IMG/VR virus record: IMGVR_UViG_3300009550_000010
Span: 76,906 to 122,499 of that record
DNA from: a virus
Reading direction: 5' to 3' (one strand)
Length of the DNA: 45,594 nt
Position numbers and translations under genes: made by a program. Of this stretch, positions 10,001 to 18,638 are shown piece by piece (the stretch's first letter is position 1; every line of letters starts with the position of its first letter). The notes under the pieces were generated by a model. That model was not told where the DNA came from and made no database searches. It saw only the letters and a list, made by a program, of their open reading frames with translations.

Positions 10001-10277
10001 ATGTGTAAGTTTGGTTACCGCCTATGTTTGCAGGGGCACTAAGGGTGATGTGATTGGCACCATTATTGGAACCTTCAACAAGGTTTACACCAGAACCACT
10101 GGTTGCTGTCTCAACCGTCCAAAAACGCTGTGACCCTATGAACTTATTATTTGATGTAGTAGAGTCTATACCAATGTATAGATCAAACTTATCGACTGTT
10201 AGAGCAGGTTCACCAGCTTGTAAACCAGGTAAATTAGAGAAATTACCTCTCTTAAACTTCAGGATTGGAGAAGCCAT
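7089..10277 (-). CDS. Long tail fibre protein with internal repeats (1062 aa)
   Basis: N-terminus MASPILKFKRG...GLQAGEPA; three DADLF(L/I)VDDGAGG repeats; three LSSATVSDLTDNRVVIAG repeats; two GNLTVNGT motifs; ends IDGGTF. Confidence 0.85.
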   Translation of the reverse strand: MASPILKFKRGNFSNLPGLQAGEPALTVDKFDLYIGIDSTTSNNKFIGSQRFWTVETATSGSGVNLVEGSNNGANHITLSAPANIGGNQTYTFPASATSGGFLRSDGSGTLTWDTGSGFNAGALDIDALDIDGATDIGAAIADADLFLVDDGAGGTNRKTTASRMKSYFLGGGAGANFTAINVSGITTAGELDATTLKVSGISTFTGVINGNLTGNVTGNTNGTHTGSLSGATAGSLPALAIDLDGATDIGGAIVDADLFLVDDGAGGANKKTAASRIKNYVLGGGQGANFSSIAVSGITTGGQVDATTLKVSGISTFTGTVDINGAIDADGGANIAGGETVLSSATVSDLTDNRVVIAGSSGALEDSGNLTFDGTTLAVTGAATVDNLSLNGNTVTTTSGNLTLDSAGGTTTIADDTIISGNLTVNGTQTIVNSTTMSVDDKNLELGTGAADDAAANGGGITIVSGDGNKTFQFEATGDNLGSSENLNIASGKAYKINNASVLNATTLGSSVVASSLTSVGTLTDLDVTGDVDINDTTQSTSNTTGALKVDGGVGIVKNANIGGTLDVDGQITSAAPLRNSTGAGLIAGVGAIKNTGSAGLVTAFKFTGNGIDSYTVADGVAHVATTGVAATTFQTSQTTVATQGQTAFTVSAGYTNGFVDVYQNGVRLITGTDYTQTNSNTITLASGATVGDEIESVAWKSLGDIVNINSVNVVENLSVTGVTTSGGVTLSSGAFTGSGSGLTAGTVPITSLDIDGGTATTTLADADLFIVDDGAGGTNRKVTFEKLSESILGGSGGATFAAVNVTGITTVGGAFDANGGANISGGETVLSSATVSDLTDNRVVIAGTSGALEDSGNLTFNGSTLAVTGNITANNGATITGAETTLSSATVSDLTDNRVVIAGTSGALEDSNNLQFDGSTLAVTGNITASANVTVSGNLTVNGTTSQINTTNTTIEDTMLELQKVDGGNLSSDTNKDVGLVMNYYSGSAKKAAFYWDDSTARFVVSAVATESSGVMTNSTAGGMEVGSLYVNDCAGTSQVISCSGTTRSIENINIDGGTF
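7543..7757. repeat. Near-identical 47-bp direct repeats, 168 bp apart, within the fibre gene
   Basis: tcttctaaagcacctgatgtaccagc(a/g)ataacaacacggttgtctgt at 7543-7589 and 7711-7757; a more diverged third copy near 9176-9265. Confidence 0.85.
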
Positions 10278-10328
10278 ATTAGCTGTTTAAATTCTTTTTT
10301 GTTTTACTTCACATTAACATAGGTATTA

Positions 10329-10354
10329 TGACTATACAGTCAAAATATATTTAT
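10329..10354 (-). promoter_or_regulatory. Late promoter box (ATAAATA, 10348-10354) followed by hairpin TGACTGTATAGTCA (10329-10342) in the fibre gene leader
   Basis: Read directly; same arrangement as 2647-2675. Confidence 0.6.
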
Positions 10355-10671
10355 CAAAAATCACCTGCATCTAGATTAATTTTATCGTCTAGAGCAACGT
10401 CTAATTCTTCAATAGTTTCGGTGGATAAACCATCAGAAGCAGCAGCATTCACCACCTCATCAGGGTTTACGAACTTAAATGCAGAAGTAACTGCATCAAA
10501 AACCAACACAAATCTATCACCGATTCCTTGTCGATCTACGTCGTTTAGTTCTGATAAATTCTGTGCCAAAGTTCCTGTACCTCCTCCTCCTTGTTGTACT
10601 TTCAATGACGATCCAGCTCCCAACTTTACGCTGAAAGATGATGAACTTGTCAGTGAAACTTTATATCCCAT
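10354..10671 (-). CDS. Small virion protein, probable fibre adaptor
   Basis: LSELNDVD motif, LVFDAVTSAFKFV, C-terminal LDAGDF; start overlaps the upstream stop. Confidence 0.65.
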   Translation of the reverse strand: MGYKVSLTSSSSFSVKLGAGSSLKVQQGGGGTGTLAQNLSELNDVDRQGIGDRFVLVFDAVTSAFKFVNPDEVVNAAASDGLSTETIEELDVALDDKINLDAGDF

Positions 10672-11009
10672 TAGGTTATAGTTGGATTGACTAATGCTTG
10701 ACCACTGATTACTTTTTCTTTTTTACCAGTGACATCATTAGTAACTATTACATCATAATTATATCTACCTGCAGTTATAATACCACTTTGAGTATCAGTC
10801 AATGATATAGTAATCTCACCGTTTGATGGAGTAGTACCAAACGTAACACCAAATCCAATAGAACCTGCAGAAGTATGATGCTTACGCATTTTCGCTGCTA
10901 TAGATCTATTAGTTAGATTCAACGCTGACCCATCAGTCTGAGTTATGTCGAACTGAGCTTCAAAGTCAGTTCCCTGTTCAATTTCTATGTTAAAGACAGG
11001 AACTGCCAT
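10671..11009 (-). CDS. Small beta-sandwich virion/baseplate accessory protein
   Basis: IEQGTDF...LNLT...AKMRKH...GEITISLT...GRYNYDV pattern common in phage tail accessory proteins; ATAAATA box at 11032-11038. Confidence 0.7.
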   Translation of the reverse strand: MAVPVFNIEIEQGTDFEAQFDITQTDGSALNLTNRSIAAKMRKHHTSAGSIGFGVTFGTTPSNGEITISLTDTQSGIITAGRYNYDVIVTNDVTGKKEKVISGQALVNPTIT

Positions 11010-11030
11010 ATTTACCTACTTGTATCAATG

Positions 11031-11237
11031 TTATTTATCACGTATCATGTTTTTCAACTCCTCAATCTGCTGACGGAGTGAGTCTATCTCGTTTTGTTGC
11101 CTATTCCTTACATCCTTTTCATTCATATATCTCTCATAGGCAGACGAGTCAGTGTTTACTATCGCCCTTGTCTTCACATCCCTCTTCAGATTTGGGTGAT
11201 CCTCCACCTTGATCTTTTTTGATGGGGTATGTTTCAT
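11031..11237 (-). CDS. Small hypothetical protein with C-terminal coiled coil
   Basis: KVEDHPNLKRDVKTRAIVNTD pattern seen in marine T4-like phages; GGAGG upstream. Confidence 0.7.
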   Translation of the reverse strand: MKHTPSKKIKVEDHPNLKRDVKTRAIVNTDSSAYERYMNEKDVRNRQQNEIDSLRQQIEELKNMIRDK

Positions 11238-11282
11238 CTAAAGTTCCCTCCAGAATTTCTGCTGCTAAAGAATATGCGTTGA

Positions 11283-11417
11283 TCATGATGCACAAGCACA
11301 GTCATCACAGTCATAACATTCACAGTGAGTGGGGCACTTACAACCACATCCAATACAAGGTTCTTGTATCTTTTGGTGTTGATGTGCTGCTAGGTTGTCT
11401 AAAAAATCGTTTATCAT
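11283..11417 (-). CDS. 44-aa Cys-rich metallothionein-like peptide (not in ORF track)
   Basis: Hand translation MINDFLDNLAAHQHQKIQEPCIGCGCKCPTHCECYDCDDCACAS; ATGA overlap with the upstream stop. Confidence 0.7.
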   Translation of the reverse strand: MINDFLDNLAAHQHQKIQEPCIGCGCKCPTHCECYDCDDCACAS

Positions 11418-11551
11418 AATTTTTTGGGGTCTTCACCAGGTACTTGTGTGTAAGGTTTGTCGCCAGGTAACTTTTTCATTTTCTTATCTATTTTTTTAAG
11501 AATGTCCTTTATAGGAGTAAGTTCCTCTTGAAATTGTTTGAATGTTTTCAT
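11414..11551 (-). CDS. 45-aa peptide with T4 capsid-targeting-like N-terminus (not in ORF track)
   Basis: Hand translation MKTFKQFQEELTPIKDILKKIDKKMKKLPGDKPYTQVPGEDPKKL; TAATG overlap with the upstream stop. Confidence 0.7.
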   Translation of the reverse strand: MKTFKQFQEELTPIKDILKKIDKKMKKLPGDKPYTQVPGEDPKKL

Positions 11552-14500
11552 TATGCCAGAGAGATAGCCCTAAAGTCAAGTAATTCGGGTGATTGTGCTT
11601 GATTAGATGATGAAAAGACAACTTTGACTTGGAATCCATTATAAGCAGGTAAATTTTCTGCAGTAAAAGTATAGTCATTGAATTGACCTTCTAAACTTGC
11701 AGGTATCTTTCTGTCAGGTTTACCATTATTATTCTTACCATTTATAAGGAATCCACCAGAGTCTAAGTTTTCAAAACCAGGCATCAACTCAAACACTTTG
11801 TCAGTTTCACCACCACCATCAACTCTTTGAAGTCGATACAATACTCTAACATCACCAGCTCCAGTTATATTTGCACCAAATATGACTTTGAGACTTGTAG
11901 CAGGGTTTTCTAGTTTGATTAGTTTAGTAACATATGCCTGATCATGAGGATCTTCAAGTAAATTAGATCTTCTGTCACTGATGTAGTTTACAACAGGTTT
12001 GTTGACTCTTGATGATTTGGTATTCAACGAACTATTGAATACGTTGACAACAGGAGATACATTCTTATCTGATGTACTCAATGCAACATCCATTGTAAGT
12101 GATTTACCACCAGGTAATTGTTTCAATGCATTCTGATTTGCCTCATTGACAAGAGATGCAACTAATCTAGGTGATTTGTATTTTGTCTCTTTAGTGAGAG
12201 ATAATGGAGCATAACCTTTGTCAATAAATGAAGTTTCATTACCACCAATACTTGTTCCACTACATGTTCTTAGATTTGCCTCAACCTTTGTATTTTCAGG
12301 AGCACTAAAGTTTATAGTTGGTTCAATTGATTCAAATTGAATATTAGATGAACCTCTACCAGATTCTCCACCACCATGCTTATCTCTATCAAATAGTACA
12401 TCACCAGTGATTCTTACATGATAATCATCAAGAGTTATCTTACCAACAATGTTACTAGACACATCAGCAAGACTGTGTTCTGTGTTGATTTTCCTAAGTG
12501 ATACACCAGATAATTCATACTTTTGTATTGGATCACCAACTGCATATGTACGTGTAAATGTATTATCTACACCTCTTGATATAGTACCACTTAATTGATT
12601 TGTACCTACAGCTGTGTAACTTATAACTTCTTCTCCAATTATGGCATAGCCAGGATTACTTGCAGTAACTTGTGCACCCTCAAAGAAGTTGAATCCTAAA
12701 CTACTACCAACACTGATTAGACTTGTTGCACTCACAGCATATCCTACTGTCAATGTTGTAGGAACAGCATCTCCAGTAATACCTGAGATAGCAACTCTGT
12801 TTTGACCAGAGTGTAAGTTATGATTTGCATGAGTCACCTTGAAGTGCTTACCATCAAACTTACCACTATTAGTAGTAACTGATGCTGGAATTATGCTTGG
12901 TATTGTAACTCCATAACCAAGATTAGTATCTTGAACTTGTATCAAATCAGTTGTATTGAAATCTGTTCCAGAAACGTTTGTAAGTTCAATAGCATTGACA
13001 CCTGTTGTTACACCAACAGTCACTAATAAGTTCTTTCCTAAACCCCTAGCACCAATCGCACCAGTTATAGTATCTCCAACTCTATATCCTGATCCAGTAT
13101 TATTGACTGTAATTTGTGTTATGACACCACCTGAAACTGTGGCAATACCAGTTGCACCAGTTCCATTACCTGTGACAGCGTTGAAAGTGATTGCTTGAGC
13201 AGCACCATCTTCATATCCTGTACCCTCATTTGTAATAATAAGTGAGGTTCCAGAAGCACCACCACCAATATGTGCAAGAAGATTAGATACAAAACCAGTT
13301 GAACTTGTATTATTCTGTTTGACTTGTGATCCCACATGTATAACAGAACCAGAACCACCAACTATAGATGAGTTCAATCCCACAGTTACTCTCTTAGAGA
13401 ATGTCTCAATTGGATTTGATGACAATCTATTTCTAGAAGCGTTAGTACCCAAATCAGGGTTGAAGAATCTTAATGTTCCAACCTCTGTTGTAAATTCTGC
13501 CTTATATGCCTTATACTTTAAGTCTTCTAACTGAGATGGAGTCCAAGTAGATCCGTTTTGACCTTTGAATAATGAACCTTGAGTAGGTTGTTTTGATACA
13601 ATAACCTTACCTAATTCAGGAGAAGCAGCAGTTGAAATATCCTCTTCACCTATCTGACATATCCATGTCTGATAGTCTGCATCAGCAGATCCAATTACAA
13701 ATGCATACTCACCCTGTACACAATATACTGGATTAGTAAATCTAAAGTTTGTAGCAACTGTACCATCTGATGATACATTCACCTGATCAGGAGTTAGAAT
13801 AACTCTCGCATGCTTCAATACTTTATTAGTTGGATATCCATTCTCTACAGATACGATTCTTACATCAACTGGTAATGATTCAGATTTTGTTAGGAAGTAG
13901 AAATCTACAGATGTCAAGAATATACCTGTGTCTTCCTCAACAAAGAAACTCTGTGCTAATGGATCGTCATCATGATCTCTTGCAGGTTCTACAATAACTC
14001 TTTCAGTAGTTCTCTCAATAATCTCTGTATGATGAATAATTACAGGAGGTGGAATAATAGGAGGTGCTGGTTCAACTCTAGTAATTGTTGTTTCAGTGAC
14101 CTCAAATCCTTCAGAGAAGTGATCTGCACCTGCAGATGTAAAGTTCTGACCTGTTATTACATCTTGTGGTCTTATGCTTGTTACAGAAGCAGTGTTAGTA
14201 CCATTTTGGAATGTTCCCTCTGGGATATAATAACAACCTTGGAGTGCACCATACTCATCAGAAATAAGTCTTATTTGAGTCACATCTGCCTCTGCACCAC
14301 TTGTCTCACCAACAAGTCTCATTCCTGTTGTAACGAATCCAAAATAGTTTCCATCTGATTTTTGATTCAAACTATCAATATCTACATTAATGATGGTGGA
14401 AGTTTCTGTATAAGAAGATGATATACCTAATGATGGGGTATATGGATTAGATGGATATGTAATTATTGGATTATTGAACGGACCAAACTTATGATTGGGT

Positions 14501-17500
14501 TGACATACACGGAATCTAATGTCAGCACTCTGACTATTATTCTGTGTAGAAACTGCTAAACCACGCACAGTTTCACCTATTTGGAAAGCACCTTGTACAG
14601 GTGTAACTTCTAAAAGTTTTGGTATAGTACGAACATTATTTTCAATCATGTCAATACCAGACCAATATGTCAACATATTAGTATTGGGTTTTAATCTTGA
14701 CGCTGTGAAGGCAATGTTCTGCTCTCTCATTTGAGGAACAGGTTCTGTCTCAGAAATAAAATCATTACTGAATCCTATTCCACCATCTTCTGTAAAGAAG
14801 ACTCTATTGACAAATATATCTGAGTCTGGATTGAGTGTCATTACACCACCCCAATCTCTGAAGGCATAAGGGTTTACACTTTCAACTCTTGTCGCAAATG
14901 GTTGCTCTCTATCTACAACCTCAGTATAATCCAAGGTTACATAATCACCAGTTTTTCTAATATTAGGAGAACCAAGATCATCTGTAAAACGAGCGTCCAC
15001 AGTAGGATCTGCAGCACCATTTGTTCCGACTACTGACTCTGATCCTAGAAGAAGATCAATACTATCATGGAATTTTCTTGCTACTAATTTACCATCTTTG
15101 ATATCATACTTTAGTGAATCAATTGTTTTGTCAGCTACTTCAAATGAATTGAATGGATCAACAACAAAACCGTTTTTGAATCTATCTAAACCTGTAGCAG
15201 GGTCTTTAATTACAAGACTATCTGTTTTAGATTCTAATAATGATAATGCTGTTACTTCTTCTACGTTCGCTATTCTAGTTTCTAATTTACCAATATCCTT
15301 CATAGTATAACGTTTATTGGCACGGAATTCTAACTTGACATCCTTGGTTGCATTGTAAACGTAAGGTGCATAGTCAATTCTTGCTAATTCAAAAGACTCG
15401 CTTATTGGATCTGGTTCTACTGGATTCTCAGCAGGTACACCTTCCTTTATAGTAAATGTTTTATCCTTATTGACATATAATCTATCAATTCTACCAAGAT
15501 AGAAATTATAGTCAAAAGTTATATTCTCATCAGAAACTAATACAGACGCTGATTGACCACCTGCACTAAAATCTCTTGCATCAAATTCAAACGGGGATCT
15601 TGATCCTGAATATGGAGCGACTCTTGGTCGTGCATCAATAGTATCAACGTTCCTAATATCTTCAAATGCTGGCGAGATATCGTAATATTGTTGTGGATAA
15701 CTACTTGCAGTAACAATATCACCAGAGTCTTCTGAGTTCACAACATAATGATCAAAATAAACTTTGAGTTGACCCTGTGGTTCTGGGAAGTTTGCTTTTC
15801 TTACTAATCTACCAAAATCATAGAACTCAGCTCGCTGACCCGAATCCAGAATAAAATTGTTTCTGATGTTAGGATCACCAGCAGAAGAAGAAGAAAGATT
15901 TGCAGTAACGCCACTCTCTGAGAACGTAACCTCTTCAGTATCTTGGAACTTATTACCATTTGTGAAAATTACCTCTACTTTGTTTGCAGATTTTCTATCA
16001 AGAATAAGTGCAGAAGCACCAGAACTCTTACCTACACCAACTTCACCAATAATAAGATCAGAGTTATTGCCTGTAGGTCCATTAAAAGATGCTAGAGTTA
16101 GAGTAGGAACTGTTGGAGCACCAGAACCCGAAGATTCAAATACTGCAGTTACTCTTACAACATCAGGAACCCCAAGAGATATCTCTCTATCTTGAACTCT
16201 AAGTCCAAATACCTCACTTGGTGTTAGACCGTCAGTGATTGATGAACTTACACCAGAATATGATCTATTTGATTTTGTTATCAAAGTAGTTTGATTTCTT
16301 GTGAGAGATTTTTGCTTTGATTTTACCTTACTCTTTTGATGTGTACTTTGTACTACAACATTACCTGATTGACTTGCAGTCAATCCAGAAATTGTAACTG
16401 ATTTACTACCTGTTGCAATAACAACTTGATCAGATGTAAGTGCCTGTACTGATCCATCATTGTAAGTTACGTTATATCTTTCTTCATCAAATGGAGCATA
16501 CACCAAATCAGTTCCAGTTAATGATGGAAGAGTCAATTGACCATTACCATCAGTGCTCTGTGATGTATCTTCTTTTCTGAGAAATAAAGTTGAGTCTGTC
16601 AAGTCAACTGATTCTATATTGGTATTGGGCATTTGTGCATACAAGAACCCAGCTGTAGAATTTTTTATTTTAGATGATAATATCTGTAGACCACTTACAG
16701 TGACAGTAGAACTTGGTAATGCCTTGTGACATATTCCAGAAATAGTATCTGGTGCAGCGACAAGAGTTATGGTATTACCAGATGTGCTTATAGCACTCAC
16801 CACATTATATGTGATGTCATTATTAGCAGCTATCTTATAAGAAACAACATCACCAACTTTGAAGTCAGGCACCCAACCAGTTGTACCACTTGTTACTGCA
16901 CCACCATTTGTAATAGTAAATGATCTTCCACCAAAATCTTTTTTAGTTTCTAATACTACATCAGCAGCAAAAGTTCTACTTGCTGCAGTTGATCTAACCG
17001 ATTTTACATCTGAAAGATCAAACTCAGTTACAGAGGTAATTATCCTACCATCCTGAACACCATTGATAATTATTGCTTCGTCAATAATAAACTTACCTTG
17101 TGTCTGATTCAAGGTTACTGATGTAGAATTGCTGACAGCACTTCTTATGTAACCTTTAGCACCACTTGATGCACCTTCAACAATCGCAGGGACAGATATA
17201 GTATGTTCTTTATTAAGAACTAATTGTGTATCTGTTTGTATGTCCATCAAATATAATTCATATACTGATGTGTCGCCTGTGTATCCAGCGTTTTGAAGTT
17301 TGTAATCATATATTCTAGCTCTTCCTATACTATTACCTGCAGCAGATGACTTAGTAGATCCTAGTCTAGCACTTCTAAGGTCAAGAAAATCGGAGGTAGC
17401 AGCAGCAAGATTTATTCTTGCAGCACTTAATACATTATTAACTCTTAGTCTATTACCTGCTTGAAATGGAACTGCAGAGTTTTCAATTTTTTGTGTGGTT

Positions 17501-18636
17501 CTTGGTTTCTTTACATCTAAGTAAGCGTGACCAGATGTTTGTACCTCAAATCCTCTTACATATGCTTTACCTGGTCCTACTCTAATATTCAATAGATCTT
17601 TACTTGGAGTATTTCCTTCTTCTGTTTTTTGATTTCCGTAGTATGTTCCGAAATAATCAAACCTATCATTCAATGATTCTTTCGCCTCTAAGTCAAACTT
17701 AGTTACAAAATAATTACCACTCTCATCAAATGTTCTTCTTGCAAACTCGTCAGCAATGTGATTATAAACAGTTCTATCTACAATTAATTTTTCCTGACCT
17801 GCATCAGTTCTGAACAGTTCGATAAAGTTCTCATCCTGAAAGTCTGTTAGACCTTTTTTAGTAAGAGATAAACTAACCTTGAGCCTATCAGCACCTGGAG
17901 CAGTAAAATTGGAGAATCCAGCAGCATTATCGTATAGACTAGGATCATCAACAGCAGTGACAACATCCTCCTTGACAAAGAAACCCACTCTGTACGAGGG
18001 AGTATTGGAATATTGATCGAGAATAAGTGTCTCATTAGCAACCTCCACGAATGCACCACGAGCAAAGAAGACACCTCTATTCATAGTAAATGAACTAGCA
18101 GTGCCAGTTGCATTTGATAGAATACAGGTAGCAAAGTCACTACCATTTGTTATAGTAGTAGATCCGTATGTAAAATCAGTAAGAGTGACTAAGTTTTCAC
18201 CATCTAAAAAATATTGATTTTCTAAATCATTAGAAGTGCTTTCAAACTTAATGTATAATGTTGTGCTACTTGTCGTTGATTTTGTTGATGATAATACCTG
18301 AAGAACTTTCGCCTTGATACCAGATGTCTTTCCCTTTATTCTAAGACCAATTAGTTTATCGTAATATGACTCTACAGGAACACCAAAAAATGTAGACTCA
18401 ATTTTAACAAACGTATATGCTGGATCGTAGTTGAATTTACCAGGAATCACCATAGATCCCTCTTTGAATATATGCTTACCAAACTTCTCAATCTGCCCTT
18501 GTAGGATAGATTGTAGTGTGGTTAGTTCTCTTGCTTGTACAGGAGTGCCAGGTTTGAATAAGACTCTATTGAAATTCTTTGCTGAATCAAAGTCATCAAA
18601 ATATGGGCTGACATTTAGGTTGGTGTTCTGTGGCAT
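11551..18636 (-). CDS. Large virion structural protein, DUF4815/VrlC-like (2361 aa)
   Basis: MPQNTNLNVSPYFDDFD...RVLFKPG.PVQARELTTLQSILQ, APGADRLK, ARRTFDESGNY, DRFKNGFVVD, DPLAQSF motifs; follows gp8. Confidence 0.85.
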   Translation of the reverse strand: MPQNTNLNVSPYFDDFDSAKNFNRVLFKPGTPVQARELTTLQSILQGQIEKFGKHIFKEGSMVIPGKFNYDPAYTFVKIESTFFGVPVESYYDKLIGLRIKGKTSGIKAKVLQVLSSTKSTTSSTTLYIKFESTSNDLENQYFLDGENLVTLTDFTYGSTTITNGSDFATCILSNATGTASSFTMNRGVFFARGAFVEVANETLILDQYSNTPSYRVGFFVKEDVVTAVDDPSLYDNAAGFSNFTAPGADRLKVSLSLTKKGLTDFQDENFIELFRTDAGQEKLIVDRTVYNHIADEFARRTFDESGNYFVTKFDLEAKESLNDRFDYFGTYYGNQKTEEGNTPSKDLLNIRVGPGKAYVRGFEVQTSGHAYLDVKKPRTTQKIENSAVPFQAGNRLRVNNVLSAARINLAAATSDFLDLRSARLGSTKSSAAGNSIGRARIYDYKLQNAGYTGDTSVYELYLMDIQTDTQLVLNKEHTISVPAIVEGASSGAKGYIRSAVSNSTSVTLNQTQGKFIIDEAIIINGVQDGRIITSVTEFDLSDVKSVRSTAASRTFAADVVLETKKDFGGRSFTITNGGAVTSGTTGWVPDFKVGDVVSYKIAANNDITYNVVSAISTSGNTITLVAAPDTISGICHKALPSSTVTVSGLQILSSKIKNSTAGFLYAQMPNTNIESVDLTDSTLFLRKEDTSQSTDGNGQLTLPSLTGTDLVYAPFDEERYNVTYNDGSVQALTSDQVVIATGSKSVTISGLTASQSGNVVVQSTHQKSKVKSKQKSLTRNQTTLITKSNRSYSGVSSSITDGLTPSEVFGLRVQDREISLGVPDVVRVTAVFESSGSGAPTVPTLTLASFNGPTGNNSDLIIGEVGVGKSSGASALILDRKSANKVEVIFTNGNKFQDTEEVTFSESGVTANLSSSSAGDPNIRNNFILDSGQRAEFYDFGRLVRKANFPEPQGQLKVYFDHYVVNSEDSGDIVTASSYPQQYYDISPAFEDIRNVDTIDARPRVAPYSGSRSPFEFDARDFSAGGQSASVLVSDENITFDYNFYLGRIDRLYVNKDKTFTIKEGVPAENPVEPDPISESFELARIDYAPYVYNATKDVKLEFRANKRYTMKDIGKLETRIANVEEVTALSLLESKTDSLVIKDPATGLDRFKNGFVVDPFNSFEVADKTIDSLKYDIKDGKLVARKFHDSIDLLLGSESVVGTNGAADPTVDARFTDDLGSPNIRKTGDYVTLDYTEVVDREQPFATRVESVNPYAFRDWGGVMTLNPDSDIFVNRVFFTEDGGIGFSNDFISETEPVPQMREQNIAFTASRLKPNTNMLTYWSGIDMIENNVRTIPKLLEVTPVQGAFQIGETVRGLAVSTQNNSQSADIRFRVCQPNHKFGPFNNPIITYPSNPYTPSLGISSSYTETSTIINVDIDSLNQKSDGNYFGFVTTGMRLVGETSGAEADVTQIRLISDEYGALQGCYYIPEGTFQNGTNTASVTSIRPQDVITGQNFTSAGADHFSEGFEVTETTITRVEPAPPIIPPPVIIHHTEIIERTTERVIVEPARDHDDDPLAQSFFVEEDTGIFLTSVDFYFLTKSESLPVDVRIVSVENGYPTNKVLKHARVILTPDQVNVSSDGTVATNFRFTNPVYCVQGEYAFVIGSADADYQTWICQIGEEDISTAASPELGKVIVSKQPTQGSLFKGQNGSTWTPSQLEDLKYKAYKAEFTTEVGTLRFFNPDLGTNASRNRLSSNPIETFSKRVTVGLNSSIVGGSGSVIHVGSQVKQNNTSSTGFVSNLLAHIGGGASGTSLIITNEGTGYEDGAAQAITFNAVTGNGTGATGIATVSGGVITQITVNNTGSGYRVGDTITGAIGARGLGKNLLVTVGVTTGVNAIELTNVSGTDFNTTDLIQVQDTNLGYGVTIPSIIPASVTTNSGKFDGKHFKVTHANHNLHSGQNRVAISGITGDAVPTTLTVGYAVSATSLISVGSSLGFNFFEGAQVTASNPGYAIIGEEVISYTAVGTNQLSGTISRGVDNTFTRTYAVGDPIQKYELSGVSLRKINTEHSLADVSSNIVGKITLDDYHVRITGDVLFDRDKHGGGESGRGSSNIQFESIEPTINFSAPENTKVEANLRTCSGTSIGGNETSFIDKGYAPLSLTKETKYKSPRLVASLVNEANQNALKQLPGGKSLTMDVALSTSDKNVSPVVNVFNSSLNTKSSRVNKPVVNYISDRRSNLLEDPHDQAYVTKLIKLENPATSLKVIFGANITGAGDVRVLYRLQRVDGGGETDKVFELMPGFENLDSGGFLINGKNNNGKPDRKIPASLEGQFNDYTFTAENLPAYNGFQVKVVFSSSNQAQSPELLDFRAISLA

Positions 18637-18638
18637 CT

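Noticed and set aside
7396-10290. Long plus-strand ORFs antisense to the fibre gene (283 aa, 232 aa and others), and similar ones across 12.9-33 kb
   Set aside because: Shadow ORFs caused by the codon bias of Gly/Thr/Ala/Val-rich sense genes; no RBS and no recognisable motifs
11149-11286. 45-aa minus-strand ORF MINAYSLAAEILEG... starting in the stop of the Cys-rich peptide
   Set aside because: Overlaps most of its length with the better-supported 11031..11237 gene in another frame; the ATGA coupling means it cannot be fully excluded
11219-11678. Track ORFs 11219..11419 (+) and 11496..11678 (-)
   Set aside because: Better explained by the coupled minus-strand 45-aa and 44-aa ORFs and the end of the 2361-aa gene
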